A DNA stretch of 63,859 bases, filler included, from Chiloscyllium plagiosum (GCF_004010195.1; 3 parts of one record of this genome joined end to end with filler, not necessarily neighbours in it); one strand, 5' to 3'. Counted from the whole stretch's first letter, positions 37,940 through 50,677 are shown. Program-made: numbers and translations. The notes: a model not told the origin generated them from the letters alone.

Positions 37940-40900
37940 CCTTGAAACAAGTGTGTCCAGCTGCAGCACTTGCTTGACCGCGTGGTCACTCTGGAGCTGC
38001 GGATGGACTCACTGTGGAGCATCAGCAATTCTGGAGAATTATGTTACCTCCCAGGTGCTCAGGCCAGGGATGTCGCACAGCGGCTGAAGATCATTCGAAA
38101 AGGGGATCGTGAACAGCCAGTTGTCTTGGTGCATACAGGCACGAGATGAGGACCTGCAGGGAGAATTCAGGGAGCCAGGAGAGAGATTAAAAAGGAGGAC
38201 CTCAAAGGTAGTAATCTCGGGATTACTGCCGGTGCCATATGACTGCCAGCGTAGAAATGAATAAAAAAAGGCACGATGAACACGCGACTTGAGGAATGGT
38301 GCTGCAGGGCGGGTTTCAGATTTGTTGGACTGTGCGACCAGTTCTGGACAATGTGGGACTCTAAGAAAATTGACGATCTACATCTGAACCAGACAGGAAC
38401 GAATGTCCTTTCGGGAGTTTTTGCTCCTGCTGTTGGGGAGGTTTCATACTAATGTGGCAGGGAGCTGGGAACCACAAGATTAAACAAGTCGGCAGTGAGG
38501 TGGAAACTGGAAACGCCAAGAATCAGGAAGATAACATTAAAAATGGGAAGAGTAGGCAGAGAGCAGATGAATGCAAAAGAACTGGTGGCCTGAAATGCAT
38601 CTACTTTAATGCATGGAGTATAGACAGATGAACTTAGGGCTTAGGTTGGTGCGTGGGAATATGACGTTATTGCGATCACAGAGATTTAGTTGAAGGAAGG
38701 GAATGGTTGGCAACCAAATGTTCTGGGATATAGATGCTTCAGACGGGACAGGGGGGGAAGTTAAAAGGGAAGGAGTTGCATTGCTGGTCAGGGATGATAT
38801 CATGGCTGTGCGAAAGGAAGACACCATGTAAGGCTTGGGTCGTGAGACACTATGGATGGAGCAGTGAAATAAGAAGGGTGAGGTTAGATTTTTGGGGCTG
38901 TATTACAGTGAGCGTGAGGTGTAAGAAAAAAATAGTTAAATAGATCATGGAAAGACGTAGAGGCAATTCTTTCGTTTTGATTGGAGATTTCCGTTTACCC
39001 AACATTGTCCGGGATACTCTTAGCGTCAGAGGTCTGGATGGTATACCATTTGTAAGAAGCCTCCAGGTGAGTTTTCTGCGGCGGTAAAGCAATAGTCTGA
39101 GGAGGGAATAGGCCATATTGGAACTGATATTGGGGAATAAGCCAGTGCTGGCGATAACAGTTGCCGTGGGTGATTTCTTTGGGAAGTGTCCAATATTCTG
39201 TAAGTTTTAGCATACTCATTGACAAAGATGAGAGTGGTCCTGAGGAAAGAGTACGATCCTGGGCCAATTATATCAAAATTATGCAGGAGGTCGGAAATGT
39301 GGATTGGACACATCTATTTGTAGGAAAGTCCACAGTTCATATGTGGCAGGCTTTCAAAGATAGGTTAAATATAGTGCCGATAGGCATGTCGCGTTGAAGG
39401 CATAGGATTTGAAAGACAATATTCGTGAACTGTTGATGACAGGACAATTGTACGACTCGCCAAGAGGAAAAGGGAAGCATACATAACGCCTCGGCAGCTA
39501 AGAACATAATGGTCCCTCGAGGAACATGAGAAGAGTAGGACAAGTCTTAAATGAGGAATCAAGGGGTTAAAAGGGGCCATGAAACAAGTTCACGCTAGCA
39601 CAATTAAGGAGAATCTTAAAGCCAATTATTCATATATAAGAAGCAAGCGGGTAACCAGAGAAAGGATTGGTCTACTAAAGGAAAATAAAGGAAGGGTGTA
39701 TATCGAATCTGAGAGACTGGGTATGATTCTGAATAATTATTTTGCATCAGTGTTAACTGAAGAGAGGATTACGATGAATATATTATATTCATCATATTCA
39801 AATGTCTTATCTAGAGTAAGACATTTGATTAGTCTGGATCATGTAGACCTAAGTAGGGAAGCTGTGTTGGAAGGCTAGGGGTAATTAATGTGGACAAATC
39901 CCCAGGAACGGATGGGATCTATCCCTGGTTCCTGAGTGAGGTGACAGAGGAAATAGCTGGGGCGATGACAGATATGTTCGTGGCGAACTTCAGCACAGGT
40001 GAGGTTCTGGCCGACTGGAACGTTACTCATATTGTCCACTGTACAAGAAGGATAATAGGGATATTCCCGATAACTACAGAACAATGGGCCTAACATCAGT
40101 GTTGCGAAAGTTGCTGGAGAAGGTACTGAGAGATAAGATCTATTTATAGTTAGAAAATAATGTGCATATCAGTGAGAGGCATAGAGTTTTTTGGAAAAGT
40201 GCCCGAGTTGATAGATGAAGGAAGGGCTGTTGATGTCATATACATGTACTACAGTAAGGAGTTAGATAAGGTTCCCCATGGTAACCAAATACAGTACGTA
40301 AAGTAACATGGTGTGCAGGGTGTTCTAGACAGGTGGATAAAGAATTAGTTGAGCAATAGGAGACAGAGAGTGGCAGTTGAATGGAGTTTCTGGAAATGGA
40401 GAAAGATGACCAGTAGTGCTCCACAGGGGTCAGTGTTGTGGCCACTGTTGTTTGTGATATAGATAAATGTTCTGGAAGAGAGCACTGTTGGAATTATCAG
40501 AAAGTTTGCAGATGACACGAACATTTCTGGACTAACAGAAAGTATAAGTGACTGTTAAAGAATACAGGAGGATACTGGAAAGTTGGGCGGAAAAGTGGCA
40601 GCTGGAGTTCAAACCAAACAAATGTGAGGTGACGCATTTCGGTCGGTCTAATTCTAGATGGGGTTATACAATGAAGGAAGATCTTCGGGGAAAAAAAGTT
40701 GATGGACAGAGTGATCTGTGAGTACAGGTCCATTATACACTGAAGGTCGCTGCACAGGTGGATAGAGTGGTCAAGCAGGCATATAGTATGCTTGGCTTCA
40801 TTGGATGGGGTATTGAATAAAATGGCTAGCAGGTCATGTTAAAATTTAACAATACATTGGTCTGGCCACACTGAGAATACTGTGCAAATTTCTGGTCGCC

Positions 40901-41400
40901 ACATTACCAAAAGTTTGTGGACGCTTTGGAGAGGGCGTGTAAAAGGTTTATGCGAATGTTGCCTCGTATGGAAGGTGCAATCTAGGAAGAGAGGTTGAGT
41001 TGTTTTGTTTTCATTAGAAAAAAGGAGTTTGAGTGGGACCTTTTTGAGGTTTACAAAATCATGAAGGGTACAAACAGGATAGATAGAGAAAAGTTTTATG
41101 TCCCAGATTGAAGGATTAAATACCGAGAGGTCACGCTTTCAAGATGAATGGTGAAAAGTTTAAGCGGGATACAGTGGGTGGTGGGTGTCTGGAACGCGTT
41201 CCCAGCAGAGACGGGAGAGGTACTCACGGTCGATACATTTAAGATGCGTCTGGACAGATGCATGGGTAGGTGGGGAGCAGAGGGATACAGGTGCTTAGGA
41301 ATTGGGTGACAGGTTTAAACAGTAGATTTGGATCGGCTCAGGCTTGAATGGATGAAGGGCCTGTTCCTTGTCTGTACATTTTCTTTGCTCTTTCTTCTTA
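37940..41400 (+). mobile_element. Old near-full-length CR1 LINE inserted into the tRNA cluster
   Basis: ORF1 esterase remnants (~38050-38450), then ORF2 motifs YFASVLT, DKSPGTDGIYP, KFADDT and the 3' UTR gaagggcctgttcc. Confidence 0.9.
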
Positions 41401-41501
41401 AATTACGCAAATTTCATTACATAATCTGCGAGGTCTAAGTGCCTGAAGTGAATCGATGCTGAAACACTAGTCATAAAAATTCTGAGTGTGGGCTTTTGTG
41501 T

Positions 41502-41584
41502 GGTAGCGGGATCGAGGGTTTTAAGATGCTGGATTTTAAGCTTCAGTTTCTATCGAATCGTGGCTTCAAATACCAGGATCGTAA
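41502..41584 (+). pseudogene. tRNA-Leu (AAG/TAG type) pseudogene
   Basis: GGTAGCGGGATCGAGGGTTTTAAGATGCTGGATTTTAAGCTTCAGTTTCT... versus recalled consensus GGTAGCGTGGCCGAGCGGTCTAAGGCGCTGGATTTAGGCTCCAGTCTCT... Confidence 0.7.
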
Positions 41585-41784
41585 GTGAGCTACTATGTGG
41601 AGATATATGTGAGAGAACTGCGCATGTGTGGATTCCTTTTAGTTTGAGTATTTGCAGCTCCTCAGTGTGCTTACCCTCTCGGTGATAAACTCAGCGACCG
41701 TCTCTGAAAACAACGCAAGTTCCTGCTGTCCGACGTATCCTCATATCCCGTCGATAGCTTTGCTTTTGGATATCTGCGTTGCCA

Positions 41785-41851
41785 GTTTCTGTATCTCAAA
41801 TAGTTAACGCAGTTGGCTGAAATGTTGGTGGTTCGAGCCCACCCAGGAAAT
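41785..41851 (+). pseudogene. tRNA-Asn pseudogene with anticodon loop deleted
   Basis: 3' half GTTGGTGGTTCGAGCCCACCCAGG is identical to recalled tRNA-Asn(GTT); GGCTG is joined directly to AAATG, removing the anticodon. Confidence 0.8.
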
Positions 41852-42574
41852 AAGCCTCAAATATTTCAGCACAAGCATTCACCCCGACCATGTATTGACA
41901 TTGGAACCGGGAAAACTCATCCATGATTCACCCCAAGTCCGCAGGGAGTGAGACATTTACACGCAGCAGAATACGACATCACTTTCTCCAAGCTCCCGAT
42001 GCCAATAGAGAGCTGCCACTGCAGCTTCAATCAGCGATTTTCTGCCAAGCCATGGGAAATTCCTTCCTTAGTAACAGCTCTTTCCGTGAGAAAGGAGAAA
42101 AACATTCACTTTAAATTGGAATGGGTTTCAGGACATTGGAATGTTGCTCCAGTTCTTGGAACGTGTTATAAATAAAACTCCTGCCTTGAAAATAGGAAGT
42201 GGTAAAAGGTTTTAGGTAGAAAGAACAAAGAAAGTGTTGATTGAGACGACTCTGTCTCGTCAGCAGATAGGAAGTGCCCAACACTGTAAACGGAAATGAT
42301 TGGATTTCCTTAGGTAACGTCCCGACTGATTTACGGGTTGCCAGAGTGATTGGAAATCACATCAGCGATATAAAGGTGAGGGTAAAAATATGAAGATATT
42401 AAGGTTGAACCTTAAATCCCGGGACAAGTGCTGAATAGATTGTAATGCTTTGAAGGAATAACTGAAGTGAAAGGTGTGAATGATATTGTGATTAAGACGA
42501 ATGAACTGGATCCGAACAAAGTGCTGATGAATTATGCTCGCAATGTAATAGCAAACTAATCCACAGTGCACCGT

Positions 42575-42647
42575 GCTTGGTTAGCTCAGTCGGTGCAGTC
42601 TGAGATGCTTAATCTGTGGTTGGAGGGTGCAAGCCTCACAATGGGCG
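42575..42647 (+). pseudogene. tRNA-Lys(CTT) pseudogene
   Basis: 73 nt GCTTGGTTAGCTCAGTCGGT...TGAGATGCTTAATCT...AAGCCTCACAATGGGCG, colinear with tRNA-Lys(CTT); B box mutated. Confidence 0.8.
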
Positions 42648-44190
42648 CTTTCACCGCTTAATACAATTCCGGCTCTTCTTTCCACATGCAGTATTGCAAC
42701 CCTTCGCAGGGGAATGTTCGTGCTGCTTTCATTGACATATCTGTCCGCCTGCTTTTGATCACACGTCGGTTTCTGAGTGAACACTGTTTCTATTTTACTG
42801 GAGACACCAGAGACAACTTTATCAGTGCAGCCAAAAATACGATGAATGATGTCCGTTTCAAAACGTAAGGTTCCAAACCAACTGTGCACCACCCAAAGTG
42901 TTCAAAGGCACGGAAAGCGAATGGCCACTTGCTAGGGGTCTGACAGAGACGGATCAATGTCACATGGGTCCTGAAACAATTTTCAGTGATTCAGATTGTT
43001 CTGATGGAAACCGAAGGGAACTCTCCCTCAACGTTTTGAAATTGTTCTTCTTGTGTTTAACGTAATGAACAGTATATTGTCAGTAACGAGGGTGGAGGTG
43101 CGGCAGGATCGTGAGGTTTCAGTGTGGGACATAGACACAATAAGTCAAATATCCCCAGCGTACGGGAGAGCTGTTTGGTCCAGGATCACTGCCATCTACT
43201 CTTACTAAACCAACAAATGACATTATTGGAAAATGCTGGCAGCATCTTGGAAATATAAATCGATTTAAGACTTCAGGACTAGTGACACTCCTTTTCCATG
43301 TGCATCTCCACCTGCGTTTGCACACTCTTCCTTTTTATTGAATGTCTCCTGACTTCCAACTTTATATTCAGCTTCTCTTTTATTACTTCCTCTCTAACCA
43401 TTTTCCCAGTCTCCGATTTTGTATCAGAACTGTTCCATCTTTCACATTGCCCAGGACTTCGAACTGAATAAATAGCTCTATTTCTATTTCCTTAGATAGC
43501 AGATGACCAGAGACTGGTAGGCAGTGTTGTTCCGAAATCTCATCCATGATTCACACCGAGTCCACAGGGAGCAAGACGTTTACACGCAGCAGATATACGA
43601 CACCATGTTCTCCAAACCGCCGATGCCAAGTGAAAGCGGCCACTGCAGTTTCAGTCAGGGCTTCCTGCCAAACCCTGGGACACAGCTCGTGGAAACTCCT
43701 TTCTCATTAACTGCTCTTCCTTTTGGAAAGGAACAAAACTTCCATTTTAAATTGAAAATTCAGGAGATTGGAAGGTTGTTCCTGTTCTTGGAACGTGGTA
43801 TAAACAAAACTCCTATCTTGAAAATAAGAAGTGGTAAACGTTTTAGGCCGGTAGTACAAAGAAAATGTTGATTGTGAGGACTCTGTCTTGTCAGCAGATG
43901 GGAAATTCCCAATACTGTAAACAGAAATGGTTGGGTTTCCTATGGTAATTTTCCGACTGATTTACTACTGCCAGAGTGACTGGAAATCACTTCATATGAA
44001 AATATTCGGGTTGAATCTTAAATGCCGGGACAAGTGTTAAATAAATTTTAATGTTTTGAAGAAATAACAAAAGTGAAAGATGTGAATGATGTTCTTTGTG
44101 ATTGGGAGGAATGAGCTGGATCTTTGCAAATTGTTGTGCCAGGTGAATTATGCTCAGAATGAAATAGCAAACGTATTCATCGTGTGCCAA

Positions 44191-44264
44191 CCCTGGATAT
44201 CTCAGTTCGGTGCAATGTGAGATGTTTAATCAGAGAGTCGTGCGTCCAAACCCCATAATAGGCG
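44191..44264 (+). pseudogene. tRNA-Lys pseudogene, duplicate of 42575-42647
   Basis: Same position within the duplicated ~1.5 kb unit; anticodon position reads TTT while the 3' half resembles Lys(CTT). Confidence 0.7.
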
Positions 44265-47230
44265 TTTTCACTGTTTAATCAAGTTCCAGCTCTTCGTTCC
44301 ACATGCGGAATTGCAAGCCAACGCTGGTGGAGCATTCTTGTTGCTTTCATAGACACATATGTCCTCCTGCTTTGATCACATGTCGGTTTCTGAGTGAAAA
44401 CTGTCTGCACTTTATTGGAAGCGCCAGTGACAAGTTTATCAGTGCAGCTGAAAATGTTATGAATGATGTCCATTTTACAACATGAGATTCCACTACATCC
44501 GTGCACCAACCAAAGTGTTCAAAGACACAACAGAACGCGAATGGCCATTTGTTAGTCGTCTGACAGAGACGGCCTAATGTCTCATGGGCCCTGAACGACA
44601 ATTAACTGATTCAAGATGTGCTGTTGGAACGGAACGGAGCTCTCCCTGTACATTTTGCAATTGTTCTTGTTGTGTGCTCATGTAAGTTTATGTAATGAAC
44701 AGTTTAGCGCCAGTAACGAGGATGGGGGTGGGGAAGGATTCTGAGGTTTCAGTGTGGGACAGACGTGATCTGATCGAACGGGTAAGTCAAATATTCCCAG
44801 AACATGAGAGAGCTGATTGGTTATTCAGCTTCACTTCTATTGCTTCCTCTCCAAACATTTTCCCAATCTCTAAAACTGTATCATGCTTGTTCTATCTCTC
44901 ATTTTGCCCAGGACTTCCAACTGAACAAATAACTCTGTTTCTATTTCCTTCGATACCAGATGGCCAGAGATTGGAAGACATAGGAGCGGTTCGCGCTTTC
45001 AGAATATCTAGTCTTCTCCGCCATTCGATCTTGGCTAATATCGTTCTTAACCCCATTCTCCTGTCCTCTACCTGAACACTTCCTCCCCAGTCTTAGGATC
45101 CAGTCTTTTTCCCAGAGTGGGTCCTAATCCGTCCCAAAACCCTCCACATGTGTTGGCAGTTGTTACACCGTGTCTACGTGTCATCAATCTCAGTTTCAGT
45201 GATTCTGGCAAACTCGAACTGTTCTGAGCAGCTAGATCGGCTCTCTGGCTCCACTGTGATCCTGCGGGGGAGCAGTAATCATCTTCATCTCCTCTGGAAA
45301 GGATCGGCGCTTCAAAACAAAAAATGGACAGAAAGAAAGATAGGCTTGTGTGTCAAGATATGTGGAGGTAATTGCTTTCTTACCTGGTCAGTAAACCTTA
45401 CTCTGTATATCCCCGCAAATTCTAGCTGTCGTGATGAAAGGGAATACAAGTCCAATTTATTACCATCTACGCTTTTATTCGATATGTATTCTTCCTTGTT
45501 CTGAATATGCAGGGATGTTTCCAGCACTGACGGTCACCATTTCTAAAAGTGCATGCCGCGGGCCCTGATCTTTTCTGGAGAGTAGCAGTATCAGTTTGTG
45601 CGAAAGTCTCCCAGTACAAAGCTTAGAAGAAACATTGATGTTCCCTCTTTCCGGGAGACAGTCTTTCATATCATGATCGATGGGATTTTATTGCATTCTC
45701 ATCAGAAAACCTTGTTTTGAATTTCCTCGCCCAATACTACTGTAGCGGTGAAAAGAATATAATTCCGAATACCTGCTGCCTGAATTTCATTTTGAAATTT
45801 CTATTAGCAGTAGTCCTTCATATGTGGTGATGTCTATATCACTGCTGGCCATCCTGTTTAAGAGTGCCGTTACATATGTTCCTCTGTCTTGGCGCTGCAG
45901 GGAAAATTGTCTGCGCCGTTTCAGCCAATATGTCTTGCATATTTCAACATAGTATTCTTTATTTTTTCAATCATGTCCTCTTTAAGGACACAGTTACCGG
46001 GCACTGATCCTTTCTGTAACAACAGTACCGCATTTGCTTGACATGCGAAGGTGGCCTGGATCAGTAACAAGGAGAGCATTCATTTCCTTCTGTCACAGCG
46101 AACACTGGACTCATGATGTTAATCTCTGTCAAATGCATCCGAAAATGTGCTCTGAAAGCTTCATTTGAACGCTGTCTGTCGTTTCTCAACGTGTGTCAAC
46201 CAAAAGCAGAACTTCTCAATCATAGTTTGGAGCAGTTCACATATTCGAGTTTCGAAGCAGCAGACACGCATACAGTTCATTCAGTCAACCACGGGAATGA
46301 AAAGATTTACAGGCACAGATGAACTATCGACTCTTGTTCTCATACTGGTAATAATATTACTGTGTGGCCTGAAGTCTAAGCCTTGTTGTCACTGAAAATG
46401 AGGAAATCACAGACAGGCTGCCGAATGACGCAGTATGTATTTTGTTTTCTTGTTCTCACAGAGTTCCAGGAAAGTATGACAGCGAGGGAGAGGAATGCAA
46501 GTCAAGTGCAGCTCTGGTGTAACACCTTCTGTCTAATTCAGTCATCAACAAGAAACGTGAATGCGACTAAAGCGGGAAACCTTTTCACAACTCGAACAAA
46601 GAGCAATCATGTACAGTGACCACCTCTTTGACATCTCAGATCGCCTTTGACCTTCCCTGAATTTGTATAGAAACTAATTTTTGTACACCTCAAACTGAGA
46701 AGTGTTTGATTTACCGACAATAAGTGAGTCGCATGTCCTTGATTCCCACATAGGTTTCCAACTCAGCTTGCAGCCAGGTGGCAGTTGCTCATGGCTCTGC
46801 TGGATAATGCATTATTATGGAGAAAGAAAAGGAAAGTTGGAACTCTTATTGGCTCTGGGTTTCGAATAACCTGTTCTGCCATTCTCGGATTCCAGTGCTA
46901 AACCAGTTTTTCAGTTCATCCGAGATGGAGGAGGGTCGGCGTTTCTGGCTGGAGCAGAATTCATCATCTCCAGTGATCACTTTATCTGAGGAGAGAGAAT
47001 GAACAAAGATTCACACAATGACTGATCGGAATTGCATTCCGTTTCAGCATGTTAGCAGGTATGGGCTAGCAAATTCAAAGCCGGATTTGCTGATGAGAAC
47101 AACAAGCACGACCGCTCAGATAGAGCAATTCCTTCCCACCACTTATTCTGCAGAACTGGTGCAGTTACTGTGAGTATGCTGCAGGGTACCATCAGGTACA
47201 TGCTCTTGGGTTTCCGGTTTTGGCCTGTGT

Positions 47231-47312
47231 GCTCGCGTGGCTGAGTAACCTGAGACTCTGATTTCAGATTCCACTTCTTAAGAAGGCTTGTGTTTGCGTC
47301 CCTGCGCGGCCA
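47231..47312 (+). pseudogene. tRNA-Leu pseudogene
   Basis: GCTCGCGTGGCTGAGTAACCTGAGACTCTGATTTCAGATTCCACTTCTTAAGAAGGCTTGTGTTTGCGTCCCTGCGCGGCCA, 82 nt, colinear with the Leu(AAG/TAG) consensus; preceded by tgtgt like the other two Leu copies. Confidence 0.65.
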
Positions 47313-47934
47313 CGTGTGCTAATGGACTAAGCTGGCAACGTATTGCAGGGATGAGTTTTGTTAAAGTTGAACAGAAAAATGCAGTCATTTCTTCTAAACC
47401 GGCTGTGATGTGGCACAGCAGAAAACAACCAACATGTCAGTGCCCATGTTTTCCCCTTGTGCTGTAGTTGTCACGTTCCCCTCCAGCTCGAAAGGCCATC
47501 AGCATAATATGCGGCTCAAAAACAGGCTGCGCCAATCTTTCATATTCCAGACAGTTTGCATTTTTCACCGTTTCTCTGAAAGTGAATGGGATATTTATTT
47601 CCCTGTTTACGTGAAATTTGAAAGCACCGTTTGGAATTGCCTCGCTGCAATTTGTGTGAGCAGCTCATGACCCAGACGACTCGCTCTGCCTCACAGACAG
47701 CATTCATGAGTCCGTGTGTCTGAAAATAGGTTGTATTTGTCAGTTCTGCTTCTGTTCATCAGTTGTCAGGTTTTGGTTTCGCTGGAGAGCTGCGCGTGCA
47801 ACATGATTTGTGAGGTATGTTCCGCATCCAAAATCTCCCACTGAGAAGTTGGGAATGTGTCAAGAAGAATGGTCATTGGCAGCCTAAGACCAGAAAAAAA
47901 AATATTCGTTGCTGCTTTTAACCGAAGCAGCCTG

Positions 47935-48007
47935 TGGGAGTTATCTCAAATGGGAGAGTACTCGCTTTGCATGCGAGAGATTGCGGGGTTGCTAGCTGCA
48001 TTCTCCA
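47935..48007 (+). pseudogene. tRNA-Ala pseudogene (Ala-AGC-type body, TGC at the anticodon)
   Basis: TGGGAGTTATCTCAAATGGGAGAGTACTCGCTTTGCATGCGAGAG...GCATTCTCCA, 73 nt; anticodon stem intact, T arm broken; followed by a TTTTT Pol III terminator. Confidence 0.8.
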
Positions 48008-48017
48008 TCCCTTTTTA

Positions 48018-48297
48018 GGGCGGCACCGTGGCTCAGTGGTTAGCACTGCTGCCTCACAGCATCAGTGTTCCACGTTTGATTCCTGTGCCTAGTTTGCACA
48101 TTGTCTCTGCGTCTGCGTGGGTTTCTTCCCACACTGCAAAGATGTTCAATGCAGGTGAATTTGACATGCTAATTTGCCCATAATGATCGGTGCATTCGTT
48201 CGAGGGAAATTGGTCTGGGTGAGTTACTCTTCGTAGGGTCGGTGTGGACTCGTTGCGCGGAAGGGCCTGTTTCCATACTGTAGGGAATCTAATCTAA
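48018..48297 (+). mobile_element. HE1-type SINE immediately downstream of the tRNA-Ala pseudogene
   Basis: gggcggcaccgtggctcagtggttagcactgctgcctcacagc...aatctaatctaa. Confidence 0.9.
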
Positions 48298-48878
48298 CCA
48301 TCTTCCAGAAAACTAGGCACTGACTAAGTGATGAGTGCCTATTCAAACTGGTGATCGCCACTGCAGCATCTCAACCACTCTATTTGCCAAATTTTCACGT
48401 TTATTCTTTTTCAGCATTCCTGTCAGTATAATGATCCAGATGCATTTGAAATGTTGAGATTGTACCAGACTCCACCACTAAATCTGACAATTCATTCCAA
48501 ACACGCAAAACTTTCTGTGTGAAAAAAATATCCTTCAGATCCCTTTTAAATTTCACCACTCTCCCCTTAAACCTGCGTTCCCTTGTTTTGAACTTGCCTG
48601 TATTGGGAAGAAATATTCATTGACCATTTACTCTGCAGTCTCCCTCATATTTATATAAACCTCTGTAAGCCCATCCCTAAGCCCTCAAGCTCCAGGAAAA
48701 ATTTGCATATCCTACTCAGCTTTACGCTACAATCCTAACACTGTAAGCCTTGCAACATCCTCATACATATTATCGAACTTGCGCCAAGTTCGCCATTGAA
48801 AGGGCGTGTGTTAAAGTGCCTGAAGTGAGGCGATGCTGAAACACTCCTCCTGAAAAACGTGGTTGCGGGGGTTTGTGT

Positions 48879-48961
48879 GGCAGCGTGGCAGAGGTGTCGA
48901 AGGAGCTGTCTTTAAACTATAACCTCGATCCAGTCATTGATTTGAATTTCCACCACGACCA
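48879..48961 (+). pseudogene. tRNA-Leu pseudogene, paralog of 41502-41584
   Basis: GGCAGCGTGGCAGAGG...CCACCACGACCA; shares ~65 bp of upstream flank (aagtgcctgaagtga..cgatgctgaaacact) with the 41502 copy. Confidence 0.6.
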
Positions 48962-49573
48962 GAACCACAGGTGAAGACGGGAACTCTGTTTTTAATGAAA
49001 GACCTATAAACATTGAGATGTCAGGATTTTATCCCATATTCGGCTGATTTTTTGACAGGAACTTCCACTAACTAAGGCTGAGGGACTGCCCAAGCTCAAC
49101 GATTCAGAACCATGCGTGCATTAACTGGACTATTCGAACATAGGAACTCGGACTCATTTTTTTGTGTATTTCACATTACTGTTTTAAATTTACACATCAC
49201 AATGTGTAAATTTAAAACAGCCTCTGGTTATGCAGAAGATTTCAAAGCTGGATATTCTTCACTGAAAATGCACAAGTAGAGGCAATTTCTTATTGTTTTT
49301 GTTTTAAACAGATAACTTCGACTTTTAAACTGACAGGATAACGAAGATCTGTCCATCGTCTTGGGCACCTTTAACCGTATTAATATCCGCAAAGGGAAAC
49401 TCACACTAAGAGGAATGGGCTCATTGTTGTGAATTGTTAAGGCGTGGTGTGTGAATCAGAGTGAATAGTAGTTAGTAAATACTGACACTGACATTGAACG
49501 TTGCAACGCCAGCTCCTCACTCACTTGCTCTCTCATGTCTCCCAGTCATCATTGCCTTTCATATTTTCCCCTC

Positions 49574-49885
49574 GTTGTGGTTCTGTTCGCCGAGCTGGAA
49601 GTTTTTGTTGCAACCGTTTCGTCCCCTGGCTAGGCGACATCATCAGTGCTTGGGAGCCTCCTGCGAAGCGCTTCTTTGATGTTTCCTCCGGAGTTTATAG
49701 TGGTCTGTCCCTGCCGCTTCCAGTTGTCAGTTTCAGCTGTCCGCTGTAGTGATTGGTATATTGGGTCCAGGTCGATGTGTTTGTTGATGGAGTTTGTGGA
49801 TAAATGCCATGCCTCTAGAAATTCCCTGGCTGTTCTCTGTCTGGCTTGCCCTATGATAGTAGTGTTGTCCCAGTCGAATTACCTA
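49574..49885 (-). mobile_element. Solo pseudo-LTR fragment of the 18107-19660 PLE family
   Basis: Near-identical to 18143-18283 and to the reverse complement of 19130-19325. Confidence 0.9.
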
Positions 49886-50677
49886 GTGACATTGAAGGAA
49901 CAGCGAGATATTTTCAACTGGGAAACGCGAGATCTTTGTATGGATAATTGCGGTGATAGCTTTCACTTGTATTTGCTGCCATTGTCCTTCCAGACAGATG
50001 CTGATCGATGACTGAATTTCTCTGGCAGGCTCCGTGTGTGTGTTCTGTGTACAATCAGGAGATTTAGTTTTCATTCGGATAACTCACAAGAAGAGAATTA
50101 AATCTTCACTTCCTGACTGGGAATTAAAGTCTGTTCTGGGCAATATAAACTCAGTCTCGTATGCAGGGATATCCATTGATACTGCAATAGCATTTTGGAC
50201 CTGACCTGTACAAACGCCTGTGAAGCTCTTCACATCATAATCGTCCTCTCAGCAGCGTTTCTCTCTCCAAGTTTCCAAGTCGGTTCATATTATCACCCTT
50301 GGTTTCAATGTGAAGAAGGCAATGCTGTGATAATCTGAAGTTGTTCAGCAGATTTACTGCAGCAAGTTAAGTAAAGACTGATGCTAACACGAGTTCGTTT
50401 TGAGCTGTGGTGATGTGTCGACAACAAGAAAGGCATCATTCCGGATGACTGGTTCGAAATGACCAGTGCTTTCTTGCTGAATTAGGTCATGGTCTGGAAT
50501 GTAAAAAACTTCAAATATGAAAGTACAGCGAAGGGTAACGGTTCACAGAGTGTGGAATTCCAAGTGAAACAGTGACCGTGATTATATTTGCTGATTTTTC
50601 ACCTTGTGATTGCTGTTTCCATGATGTGGACGTTTACATTACAATTGGACAAACTGTCACAGCCAAACCTGATCTTT

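Larger units (their letters stand above)
41915..44975. repeat. Head-to-tail duplication of ~1.5 kb (41915-43520 and 43535-44975), each copy holding a tRNA-Lys pseudogene
   Basis: Colinear similarity from ctcatccatgattcac to gcccaggacttc...ccagaga; copy 2 lacks ~200 bp present at ~43190-43385. Confidence 0.85.

Noticed and set aside
45100..46300. Unexplained sequence, possibly an ancient LTR-element remnant
   Set aside because: No convincing protein motif could be read in any frame; it needs a profile search.
47308..47335. ggccacgtgtgctaatggactaag resembling a tRNA-Arg 5' end
   Set aside because: It overlaps the 3' end of the better-supported tRNA-Leu relic, and no 3' half follows.
50108..50170. 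Possible second tRNA-Glu relic on the minus strand (ttcctgactgggaatt...caggga)
   Set aside because: Similarity is limited to ~15 nt plus scattered matches and the length is short; not supportable by eye.
50385..50470. Possible intron-containing tRNA-Tyr relic (ctggttcgaa)
   Set aside because: Only the T-loop motif matches convincingly.
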